From Candidatus Limnocylindria bacterium (GTDB taxonomy: Bacteria > Chloroflexota > Limnocylindria > P2-11E): a stretch of 64,000 bases of DNA. This document shows positions 55,986-63,923 of the stretch, piece after piece. The notes under the pieces were generated by a model, which was given only the letters and a program-made list of their open reading frames with translations, was not told where the DNA came from and made no database searches. How positions within the stretch are numbered: position 1 is the first letter of the stretch; every line of letters starts with the position of its first letter. The stretch spans positions 2,704-66,703 of the forward strand of contig DASSSF010000058.1 of the NCBI GenBank assembly GCA_035708565.1, read 5' to 3'. The translations under genes were made by a program, and so were the position numbers.

Positions 55986-58127
55986 ATGGCCGAGCCGGAG
56001 GGGATCTGGGAGACGCTGCGGCAGCGGCTCGACTACGCCTCGTTCGTCCCGCGCCTCGTCCCCGATCTCGTGCGCTCCGACCTGCGCACGCGTGCGGGCG
56101 AGCCCTACGTCGTCATCAAGAACCCCCACGGCGACAAGGGCGCGGGCACGTACCTCCGCCTCGAGGCCGCGGACGCGGCGCTCCTCGAGCTGATGGACGG
56201 GAAGCGCACGATGCAGGAGATCCTCGTCGAGCACCTCGAGCGGACCGGCTCGTTCGCGCTCGACCGCCTCGCGCGGCTGACGAGCGCCCTGCGCATGAAC
56301 GGCTTCTTCGGCGAGGAGCCGCCGCTCGTCTACGAGAAGCTCCGCGCGCGCCGCCGTCCGCTCCTCGACCGGCTCTCTCTGCTCATGCGCCGGCTGATCC
56401 TCTGGGACGTCGCGCGGTGGGAGAACGCCGAGGCCGTGGTCGACGTCGTGTACCGCCTCGGCGGCCGGCTCTTCTTCACGCGGCTCGGCGCCCTCGTCGC
56501 GGTCGCCTTCAGCGCGTACGGCCTGTGGCTCTGGGCGCAGGAGGTCCGCGCGCCGCGGCACGACCTCGTGAGCCAGGACGGCTCGTACACGCTCGGGATC
56601 CTCATCCTCGTCGTGCTCCAGGTGATCTCGATCTCCGTGCACGAGGCGGGGCACGCGCTCGCGATCCGCCACTACGGCCGGCGCGTGCGTCGGCTCGGCT
56701 TCGCGATCTACTACCTCTTCCCGTGCTTCTACGTGGACGCGACGGACATGACGCTCGCGTCGCGCCGCGAGCGCGTGGTCGTGTCGCTCGCCGGTCCCGT
56801 CGGGGGGCTGCTCACGGCGGCGGTCTGCGCGGTCGTGACCGCCACCGCCGGCGACTCGCTCGCGGCCTCCCTCGCGTTCAAGGCGGCGAGCCTGTTCGTC
56901 TTCCAGTTCTTCCTGAACCTGCTGCCGATCCTCGACCTCGACGGCTACAACATCCTCGTCGACGCGCTCGACATCCCGCTGCTGCGCCAGCGGGCGGTCG
57001 GCTTCGTCCGCGGGCGCGCGATCCGCAAGATCCGCCGCCGCGAGAAGTGGACGCGCGGGGAGGTCGGCCTCGCGGCGTTCGGCGGCTCGGCGATCCTCAT
57101 CTCCTTCCTCATGCTCTTCATCGCGCTCTGGCTGTGGCAGACGCGAGTGCAGGCCGCGACCAGCGAGCTCGTCGCGATCGGGCCCGTGGGACTCCTCGGC
57201 CTCGCCCTCATCGTCCTCGTCTTCGTCGGTCCGCTGCTCGTGGCGCTCGCGGGCCGCGTGCTCGGGCTCGGCCGCGTCGCGACGAGGTCGTTCACGTCGC
57301 GCCGCCGGAAGGCGAAGCAGCTCGAGATGGAGGAGCGGATCACGACGCTCGGCCGCATCCGCTTCCTCAACGGCCTCCCGCGCACCGCGCTCGCCGCCAT
57401 CGCGTCGCACCTCGAGGTGCACGACGTGGAGGCCGGCGAGGCGGTCTTCAGCGCGGGCGACGTCGGCGACCGCTTCTACATCGTCCGCTCGGGACGCGTC
57501 GAGGCGGTCTCGCCGGAGGGGCAGGTGCTCAACGTGATCATCCCGGGCGAAGGCTTCGGCGAGCTCGCGCTCCTCGACCGCGCGACGCGGAGCGCGACCG
57601 TGCGCGCGACGGAGCCGACGGTGCTGTGGTCGCTCGACCGCGGCCACTTCGAGCGCTGGGTCGCGGAGCGCTACGAGATCGCCGCGCGGATCCGCGCGTC
57701 GCGCGAGGAGCGCGACCGGCTCGTGCGCCTGCCCTTCTTCAGCGGGCTCTCGCGGCAGCAGCTCGAGCGGATCCTCCCGCGCATGCGCACCGTCCGAGCG
57801 AGCGCGGGCGAGGAGGTCGTGCGCGCCGGCGAGCCCGGCGACAGGTACTTCGTCATCCATACGGGGACGGCGCGCGTGACGCTCCCCGACGGCACGCACG
57901 TGCGCGACCTCGGACCGGGCGACGGCTTCGGCGAGCTCGCGCTCCTCTTCGGCGGCCCGCGGACGGCGACCGTGACCGCCACGAGCGACATGACCCTCGG
58001 CGCCCTCGGCCGTCGCGACTTCGCCGAGCTCGTGAAGCAGTCGGGCGAGACCGCCGGCACGTTCCGCCGGCGCACCGCGCACTATGTCGGCGCCGGCATC
58101 GGTGCCACGGTGGCGAGGGGGTCGTAG
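55986..58127 (+). CDS. Multi-domain membrane protease: N-terminal PqqD/RRE-like domain, site-2-protease (M50) domain with HEXXH 'HEAGH', and two cyclic-nucleotide-binding domains (713 aa)
   Basis: 'YLRLEAADAALLELMDGKRTMQEILVEHL' matches the PqqD pattern (xLNxTAxxIWxLLDGxRTxxEI). TM helices surround 'VHEAGHALAIRHYG' and a later 'DLDGYN' (LDG). Two CNB domains 'FGELALL...RSATVRA' and 'FGELALLFGGPRTATVTA'. Confidence 0.85.
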   Translation: MAEPEGIWETLRQRLDYASFVPRLVPDLVRSDLRTRAGEPYVVIKNPHGDKGAGTYLRLEAADAALLELMDGKRTMQEILVEHLERTGSFALDRLARLTSALRMNGFFGEEPPLVYEKLRARRRPLLDRLSLLMRRLILWDVARWENAEAVVDVVYRLGGRLFFTRLGALVAVAFSAYGLWLWAQEVRAPRHDLVSQDGSYTLGILILVVLQVISISVHEAGHALAIRHYGRRVRRLGFAIYYLFPCFYVDATDMTLASRRERVVVSLAGPVGGLLTAAVCAVVTATAGDSLAASLAFKAASLFVFQFFLNLLPILDLDGYNILVDALDIPLLRQRAVGFVRGRAIRKIRRREKWTRGEVGLAAFGGSAILISFLMLFIALWLWQTRVQAATSELVAIGPVGLLGLALIVLVFVGPLLVALAGRVLGLGRVATRSFTSRRRKAKQLEMEERITTLGRIRFLNGLPRTALAAIASHLEVHDVEAGEAVFSAGDVGDRFYIVRSGRVEAVSPEGQVLNVIIPGEGFGELALLDRATRSATVRATEPTVLWSLDRGHFERWVAERYEIAARIRASREERDRLVRLPFFSGLSRQQLERILPRMRTVRASAGEEVVRAGEPGDRYFVIHTGTARVTLPDGTHVRDLGPGDGFGELALLFGGPRTATVTATSDMTLGALGRRDFAELVKQSGETAGTFRRRTAHYVGAGIGATVARGS

Positions 58128-58131
58128 GTAG

Positions 58132-58347
58132 ATGGACTGTTTCATCTGCGAGAAGACGGCGGTCGGCGCGTGCCGCTTCTGCGGCCGCGGCGCCTGCCGC
58201 GAGCACGCCCGGACGCACCCGTTCCTCCTGGACGTCTTCCGGGGAGACCGGCACAAGGTCCTGCGGGCGCTCGTCGTCGAGGACGCGATCCACTGTGGCG
58301 TCTGCAAGCCGAGGGGCGAGCCCGTGGAGCTTCCTGAGCTCGAGTAG
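58132..58347 (+). CDS. DUF2180-like Cys-rich zinc-ribbon small protein (71 aa)
   Basis: 'CFICEKT...CRFCGRGACREH...HCGVCKP' gives 8 Cys. It lies 4 nt after the protease stop, so it is translationally coupled. Confidence 0.65.
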   Translation: MDCFICEKTAVGACRFCGRGACREHARTHPFLLDVFRGDRHKVLRALVVEDAIHCGVCKPRGEPVELPELE

Positions 58348-58472
58348 GCCGTCTCTGTAACGCCGGCTTCCCTCGGAGGTCGGCGCGATGACGCTCGGGC
58401 GTGCCCGATCCCATCGACCGCCGCCGCGGACGCGCGCAGGGTCCGCCCTAAGACGAGCATGGAGGTAGGGCG

Positions 58473-58832
58473 ATGAGCGACAAGATGGACGTGAGCGGGA
58501 GCGTGGCGACGGGCAAGGCGCTCGACGACGTCCGGCTCGGGGCGGCCATCCCCGCCGGGGACCCCACCGCCGTGTCGGCGGCGGAGGCGTGGCCGGAGCA
58601 CGCGCTGGCTCGGCTGAACGAGGCGCAGGGGGCGGCGGAGCTCGATGCCTCTGCGGCGGCCCAGTGGCCGGAGCACGCGATCACGCGCGTCTCGGCGGCG
58701 GAGGCCGGGTCCCGCGAGGGCGACGCGTACCTGACGGCGGACGAGGCCGGCCGCGACGCGGGCACGGAGTCCCTGGCCGACGACCTCGTGATCGTCGACG
58801 TGCCGGTGTGCGAGCAGTCACTCGAGCTCTAG
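58473..58832 (+). CDS. Small acidic hypothetical protein (119 aa) with an internal 'WPEHA' duplication and a C-terminal 'GDAYLTADEAGRD' motif
   Basis: GGAGG SD 8 nt upstream. Followed by an intrinsic terminator. Confidence 0.55.
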   Translation: MSDKMDVSGSVATGKALDDVRLGAAIPAGDPTAVSAAEAWPEHALARLNEAQGAAELDASAAAQWPEHAITRVSAAEAGSREGDAYLTADEAGRDAGTESLADDLVIVDVPVCEQSLEL

Positions 58833-58844
58833 GAACGGGCCCGA

Positions 58845-58883
58845 GGGAGCGGTCGAGCGGAAGACGCGGACCGCTCCCTTTTT
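58845..58883 (+). terminator. Rho-independent terminator (stem gggagcggtc/gaccgctccc, 14-nt loop, TTTTT)
   Basis: Perfect 10-bp GC-rich inverted repeat plus a T5 run 12 nt after the stop of 58473..58832. Confidence 0.75.
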
Positions 58884-59043
58884 CGTCGCCGGCGGCGTAC
58901 AGTTCGCGCTTCGCAAGGGCAGGGGAGGGAAACGTTCGAAGGATCACAGTCCAGGCGTTCGCCGGCCGAACGTTGCCGCGCGCGTCCGGGAGGACGCTTC
59001 CCCCCAACAGCCCGGTAGGGCGAAAGGAACGGTTCAGGGAGAT

Positions 59044-60249
59044 ATGAGCAAGCAGGCACTAGGGCAGGTCGTGCAGCGCGCGATCAGTGACGCCGCCTTC
59101 CGGCGTCAGCTCCAGAGCGACCCGACGGGCGCGCTCAAGGGCTTCGACCTCACGGCGGACGAGCGCGCGGCGCTCCGCGCCGGCGACGCGTCCAAGCTCT
59201 CCTCGCTCGGCGTCGACCAGCGCATGAGCAAGGCGTTCGCGCTCGGCGAGGCGAGCCAGGTCTCGCGGGCCCCGAGCGCCGACACGCGTCTCGCCTCGGC
59301 GACCGACGGGGGCGGATCCGACAACGCGGAGGCAGGGATCTGGGGCGACCAGTCCGGCGCGCGCGCGGCCTCGGCCTCGGACGCGACGAGCGACTCCCAG
59401 GCGCGCCTCGCGGACATCGACGCGAAGATCAGCGGCATCCCGAGCGGCACCGAGAACTGGCGCGCGGCCGACGTCGAGGGCTCGCCGGAAGCGGCGCGCT
59501 CCGCGATGGACGCCGCGGCGGGCAGCGACTCCCAGGCGCGCCTCGCGGACATCGACGCGAAGATCAGCGGCACCCCGAGCGGCACCGAGAACTGGCGCGC
59601 GGCCGACGTCGAGGGCTCGCCGGAAGCGGCGCGCTCCGCGATGGACGCCGCGGGCGGCAGCGACTCGCAGGCGCGTCTCGCGGACATCGACGCGCGCTTC
59701 AACACGGCCGACGCCGCGGACGGCAGCGACTCGAGCGCCGGCACGGCGTACGTGACGGCGGACGAGGCCGGCCGCGACGCGACCGGCATCGCGGGCGGGC
59801 GTCCGCTCTTCGCGACCTCGAGCGCCGAGGCCCAGGACGGCTCCGGCGGCAGCTTCTCGATCTCGGCCGACGAGCAGGGCCGCGGCGACGCGACGGCGGT
59901 CGCGGGCAGCGACTCGAACGCGACCTCGGCGCAGATCACGGCGGACGAGTTCGGCCGCAGGGCCGCGGCTTCCGCCGGCGACAGCGACGCCGCGGGCGGC
60001 ACGGCGTACATCACGGCCGACGAGGCCGGTCGCGACTCCAGCGCGCTCCGCTCGAGCGACGTGGCTGCCCGCGAGGGCGACGCGTTCCTCACGGCGGACG
60101 AGGCCGGCCGCGACTACGTCCCCGAGGGCGGTTCCCTCTCGCGCAACATGGCGACGGACTCGGCGGACATCCAGCGCGAGATGCTCGAGGGCGGCAGCGG
60201 TGGCGGCTCGCCCGAGCACTCGAGCGACGGACCCGAGATCCAGCCCTAG
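59044..60249 (+). CDS. Acidic repeat protein (401 aa) with an NHLP/Nif11-type leader-like N-terminal domain, 45-aa tandem repeats and recurring 'A[YF][LVI]TADEAGRD' motifs
   Basis: N-terminal 'ALGQVVQRAISDAAFRRQLQSDPTGALKGFDLTADE' matches the nitrile-hydratase-leader-peptide pattern (A..D..F(K/R)..L..DP..AL). 'aggga' SD. No signal peptide. Confidence 0.7.
   Translation: MSKQALGQVVQRAISDAAFRRQLQSDPTGALKGFDLTADERAALRAGDASKLSSLGVDQRMSKAFALGEASQVSRAPSADTRLASATDGGGSDNAEAGIWGDQSGARAASASDATSDSQARLADIDAKISGIPSGTENWRAADVEGSPEAARSAMDAAAGSDSQARLADIDAKISGTPSGTENWRAADVEGSPEAARSAMDAAGGSDSQARLADIDARFNTADAADGSDSSAGTAYVTADEAGRDATGIAGGRPLFATSSAEAQDGSGGSFSISADEQGRGDATAVAGSDSNATSAQITADEFGRRAAASAGDSDAAGGTAYITADEAGRDSSALRSSDVAAREGDAFLTADEAGRDYVPEGGSLSRNMATDSADIQREMLEGGSGGGSPEHSSDGPEIQP
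59392..59700 (+). repeat. 135-bp tandem repeat x about 2.3 (copies 59392..59526 and 59527..59661 differ at about 3 nt; a diverged partial third copy follows) inside CDS 59044..60249
   Basis: Read directly from the sequence. It encodes '..DSQARLADIDAKISG(I/T)PSGTENWRAADVEGSPEAARSAMDAA(A/G)GS'. Confidence 0.85.
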
Positions 60250-60271
60250 ACGCGGCATCCTCTCTGTCCCG

Positions 60272-60305
60272 GAAGCGCGGCCCCCACCCCCGGGGGCCGC
60301 GCTTC
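60272..60305. terminator. Bidirectional terminator hairpin (14-bp stem gaagcgcggccccc/gggggccgcgcttc) between convergent genes, followed by a T-rich tract
   Basis: Perfect inverted repeat 22 nt after the stop of 59044..60249 and immediately after the Crp stop. Confidence 0.7.
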
Positions 60306-60310
60306 TTCCT

Positions 60311-60985
60311 TTAGTAGCGGATGTCCTTCTGGAGGGCCGCCGGGTCGAGGATCTCGATGTGGCGGCGGCCGATGCGGATCGCGTTCCGTTTTTCGAGGTC
60401 GGCGAGCGCCCGGTTCACGGACACGCGCGTCGCGCCGACGAACGCGGCGAGGTCCTCCTGCGTCATGTCGAGCTGGCGCTTCCCGCCCGAGAGCTCCGAG
60501 ATGTCGAGGAGGCACTTCGCGACGCGGCCGCCCAGGTCGAGGAAGACGAGGTCCTCGACGCGGCCGCTGGACCGGCGAACCGTGCGCGCGAGGTGGGCGA
60601 GCATCTCGCGCATCGCGGCCGGGTAGCGCTCGAGCGCGGCGAGGAAGTCCTGCCGGCCGAGCGTCAGCACCTCGGTCTCGGTGATGGCCGTGACGGTCGC
60701 CGACCGCGGCGCGTCGTCGAACAGCGCGAGGTCGCCGAAGATGTCGCCGCCGCGCTGGATGCCGACGACGACCTCGCGACCGTTCTCATCGGGGAGCGAG
60801 ATCTTCACCGTGCCGGCGACGATCACGAAGAGGTGCGCCGCGGGGTCGTCGCGGTGGAAGATGACCTCGTCGCGAGCGAAGCGCCGCGGCCGCATGCGTC
60901 CGGCGAGCGCGACGCGCTCGTGCGGAGGCAGGGCGGCGAAGAGCGGCGTGATCGAGAGGTGCTCGGCGAGCGCGTTCGTGTCCAT
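60311..60985 (-). CDS. Crp/Fnr family transcriptional regulator (cNMP-binding + C-terminal HTH)
   Basis: 224 aa with 'GDIFGDLALF...RSATVTA' and HTH 'MTQEDLAAFVGATRVSVNRAL'. Confidence 0.9.
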   Translation of the reverse strand: MDTNALAEHLSITPLFAALPPHERVALAGRMRPRRFARDEVIFHRDDPAAHLFVIVAGTVKISLPDENGREVVVGIQRGGDIFGDLALFDDAPRSATVTAITETEVLTLGRQDFLAALERYPAAMREMLAHLARTVRRSSGRVEDLVFLDLGGRVAKCLLDISELSGGKRQLDMTQEDLAAFVGATRVSVNRALADLEKRNAIRIGRRHIEILDPAALQKDIRY

Positions 60986-61030
60986 GGCCGGTGAGCCTCC
61001 CTGTGTCCCGGCGGGAGACTAGCCCTCGCG

Positions 61031-61980
61031 CTACGCCTTGACGAGCGCCTCGAGGCGGGGCTTCACCTCGCGCATCAGGCGCTCGGCGCTCTCGCGGTCG
61101 AAGGGCGCGCCCATGCCGAAGATGAAGCCGCGGGCGCCGGCCTCCCACTGCTGCCGAAGCCGCTCGACCCACGCGTCGACGTTCGGGACGCCGGGAAGCG
61201 GCGAGGCGGGCGCGTTCCCGGCGGGATGGCGGTGGCGGCCCTGGAGCTGCCGCAGGCGCTCGCGCAGGTCGCCCTCGCTCTCGCGGATGAGGATCGTGCC
61301 GCCCGTCGTCGGGAGGATCTCGCCCGGGTCGCGCCCGACGTCGGCGCAGTGCCGCTTCAGCGCGCCGATCTTCCGCGCGATCACCTCGGGCGTCCCGAAC
61401 CCGTGCCACATGTCCGCGTAGCGCGCGGTGATCCGCAGCGTCACCTGCTCGCCGCCACCGCCGATGAGGATCGGGAGCGCCTTCTGCACGGGCCGCACGC
61501 CGAGGCGCGCGTCGCTGAGCTCGTAGTGCTTGCCCGCGAACGAGGTCCGCTCGCGGCGGAGCAGCGACCGCGCGACGCGCGCCGCTTCGCGGAGCTTCGC
61601 GAGGCGGATCGGTGCCGTGTCGAACGGGATCCCGTACATGCGGTGCTCGCCCTCGTGCCAGGCCGCGCCGAGCCCGAGGATCGCGCGGCCGCCGCTGATG
61701 TTGTCGAGCGTCGCCGCCATGTTCACCAGCACGGCGGGGTGGCGGTACGTGTTCCCCGTGACGAGCATCCCGATCCTCACCCGCTTCGTCACCGCGCCCC
61801 ACGCCGCGAGGACCTGCCAGCCTTCGAGGTTCGGGCCGCCGACGTCGCCGTACAGCGGGACGAAGTGGTCCCAGGTCATGAGGGAGTCGTAGCCGAGCGA
61901 GTCGACGACGAGGCCGAAGTCGCGGAGCTCGTCCCAGGTGCAGTGCTGCGGGTGGAGCTGGATCCCGAAGTGGATGGGTA
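61031..61980 (-). CDS. LLM-class F420/flavin-dependent oxidoreductase. Its N-terminus lacks a canonical start.
   Basis: The ORF-track ATG at 61879 ('MTWDHF') truncates the conserved N-terminus. In-frame 'RIPIHFGIQLHPQH...LVVDSLGYDSL' continues up to the upstream gene's TAG with no ATG/GTG/TTG. ATA is at 61980 and ATC at 61974. Confidence 0.65.
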
Positions 61981-62005
61981 TGCGGCCGAGGGTAAGCGAA
62001 GCCGC

Positions 62006-63009
62006 CTACGTCGTGGCGGCGGCGACCTCCTTCAGCGCGGGGATGACCTCGCGTCCGTAGACCTCGAGGATCCGGTCCTCGTCGCCGCTCATCAGGTAGA
62101 GGTTGAACTGGCTCACCCCGGCCCTCGCGAGCTCGCGGAGCTTCGCGACGTGCGCGTCCACCTCTCCCACGACCCCGAAGCGGTCGACGGACTCGTCGTC
62201 CACGAACGCGGCGTTCGACGAGCCCGACTCCGCGTGGTGGCGGTAGTCGTAGCCGGGCCGGCCGCGCACGTAGGCCGTCAGGTCCTCCGGCAGGCCCTTC
62301 TCGCCGTACCGCGCGACGAGGTCGACGACGTGGTTGCTGACGAGCGCGGGGAACCAGCGGACCCGCTCGCGCACGGCCTCGGGCTTGCCGATGTGGGCCG
62401 GCGCCGCGCACATGACCCGCACCGCCTTCGGGTCGCGGCCCGCGGCGACCGCTCCGTCGCGGAGGAGCCCGACGCACCAGCGGACGAGGCTCGGGTCGGC
62501 GATCTGGATGACGGCGCCGTCGGCGATGCGCCCGGTGAGCGCGAGCGCCCTCGGGCCGTACCCCGCGATCCACACGGGCAGGCGGTACGGCTCCGCCCAG
62601 GTGAGCTGGAGCGGCACGCCGTCGCGTTCGGTGCGGCGGCCCTCGCACAGGTCGCGGATGAGCGTGGTCGCGGCCTCGAGGTCCTCGAGCGTCGTCGGAC
62701 GCTGGCCGATCACGCGGCGCGCCGAGTCGCCGCGCCCGATGCCGAGGTCCATGCGTCCTTTGGAGAGGATCTGGAGCACCGCGAGCGAGCTCGCGGTCAC
62801 CGTCGGGTCGCGCGTCGCGGGATTCGTGACGCACGTGCCGAGGCGCATGCGCTCGGTGCTCTGCGCCATGAGCGTGAGGAGGGGGTACGGCTCCTTCCAC
62901 AGGACGTGGCTGTCGAAGATCCAGCCGTACGTGAACCCGTGCTTCTCGGCGAAGCGCGTGAGCGCGACGAGGCGGTCGAGCGGCCAGTCGGGCTTGAGCG
63001 TGAAGCCGA
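62006..63009 (-). CDS. LLM-class F420/flavin-dependent oxidoreductase. The probable start is CTG ('MEFGFTLKPDWP...').
   Basis: The ORF-track ATG at 62869 truncates the N-terminus. The in-frame 'LEFGFTLKPDWPLDRLVALTRFAEKHGFTYGWIFDSHVLW' is a typical LLM N-terminus. It follows a TAG at 63035-63037 with no canonical start. Confidence 0.65.
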
Positions 63010-63071
63010 ATTCCAGGCGGCGGAGCGTAGCAGCGCGGTGCTAGCGTGCGGGCACGAGGGAGGTGCCCGGG

Positions 63072-63911
63072 ATGACGAAGGTGAAGGCGGCGCTCGCGCA
63101 GGTCGCCTGGACCGGTGACAAGCGCTCGATGGTCGAGAAGCACGTGAAGTACATCGAGCAGGCCGCGAAGGACGGCGCGCAGGTGATGTGCCTGCAGGAG
63201 CTCTTCTACGGCCCGTACTTCTGCCAGGTGCAGGACACGAAGCACTACTCGTACACGGAGCGCATCCCGGACGGCCCCACGACCACGCTCATGCGGGAGC
63301 TCGCGAGGAAGCACCGCATCGTGCTCGTCGTCCCGATGTACGAGGAGGACCAGACGGGCATCTACTACAACACCGCCGCCGTCATCGACGCCGACGGGAA
63401 GTACCTCGGCAAGTACCGGAAGACGCACATCCCGCACGTGAGCGGCTTCTGGGAGAAGTTCTACTTCCGCCCCGGGAACCTGGGCTACCCGGTCTTCGAC
63501 ACCGCGGTCGGGAAGGTCGGCGTGTACATCTGCTACGACCGCCACTTCCCCGAGGGCGCGCGCATGCTCGGGCTCAACGGCGCGGAGATCGTCTTCATCC
63601 CGTCCGCGACCTCACGCGGGCTCTCGATGCACCTCTGGAAGATCGAGCAGACCGCGCACGCGATCGCGAACGGCTACTGGGTCGGCACGATCAACCGCGT
63701 CGGCAAGGAGGCCGAGTTCGGGCCGAACGACTACTACGGCACGTCCTACTTCGCCGATCCGCGCGGGAAGATCGTCGCCGAGGCCTCGGACAAGGACGAG
63801 CAACTCCTCTGTGCGGAGCTCGACCTCGACCTCATCCGCGAGGTCCGCAACACCTGGCAGTTCTACCGGGACCGCCGTCCCGACATGTACGAGGACCTCG
63901 TCAGGCCCTAG
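63072..63911 (+). CDS. Carbon-nitrogen hydrolase (nitrilase superfamily; N-carbamoylputrescine amidase / beta-ureidopropionase-like)
   Basis: ATG 63072, 9 nt after a 'gggagg' SD (the ORF-track GTG 63063 has no spacing). Catalytic E-K-C pattern: 'CLQELF', 'YRKTHIP', 'VGVYICYDRHFPE'. Confidence 0.85.
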   Translation: MTKVKAALAQVAWTGDKRSMVEKHVKYIEQAAKDGAQVMCLQELFYGPYFCQVQDTKHYSYTERIPDGPTTTLMRELARKHRIVLVVPMYEEDQTGIYYNTAAVIDADGKYLGKYRKTHIPHVSGFWEKFYFRPGNLGYPVFDTAVGKVGVYICYDRHFPEGARMLGLNGAEIVFIPSATSRGLSMHLWKIEQTAHAIANGYWVGTINRVGKEAEFGPNDYYGTSYFADPRGKIVAEASDKDEQLLCAELDLDLIREVRNTWQFYRDRRPDMYEDLVRP

Positions 63912-63923
63912 GGAGGTACCGCG

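Noticed and set aside
63063-63071. GTG 63063 as the start of the C-N hydrolase (as in the ORF track)
   Set aside because: The gggagg SD abuts it with zero spacing. ATG 63072 has proper 8-9 nt spacing and gives the typical 'MTKVKAALAQ' N-terminus.
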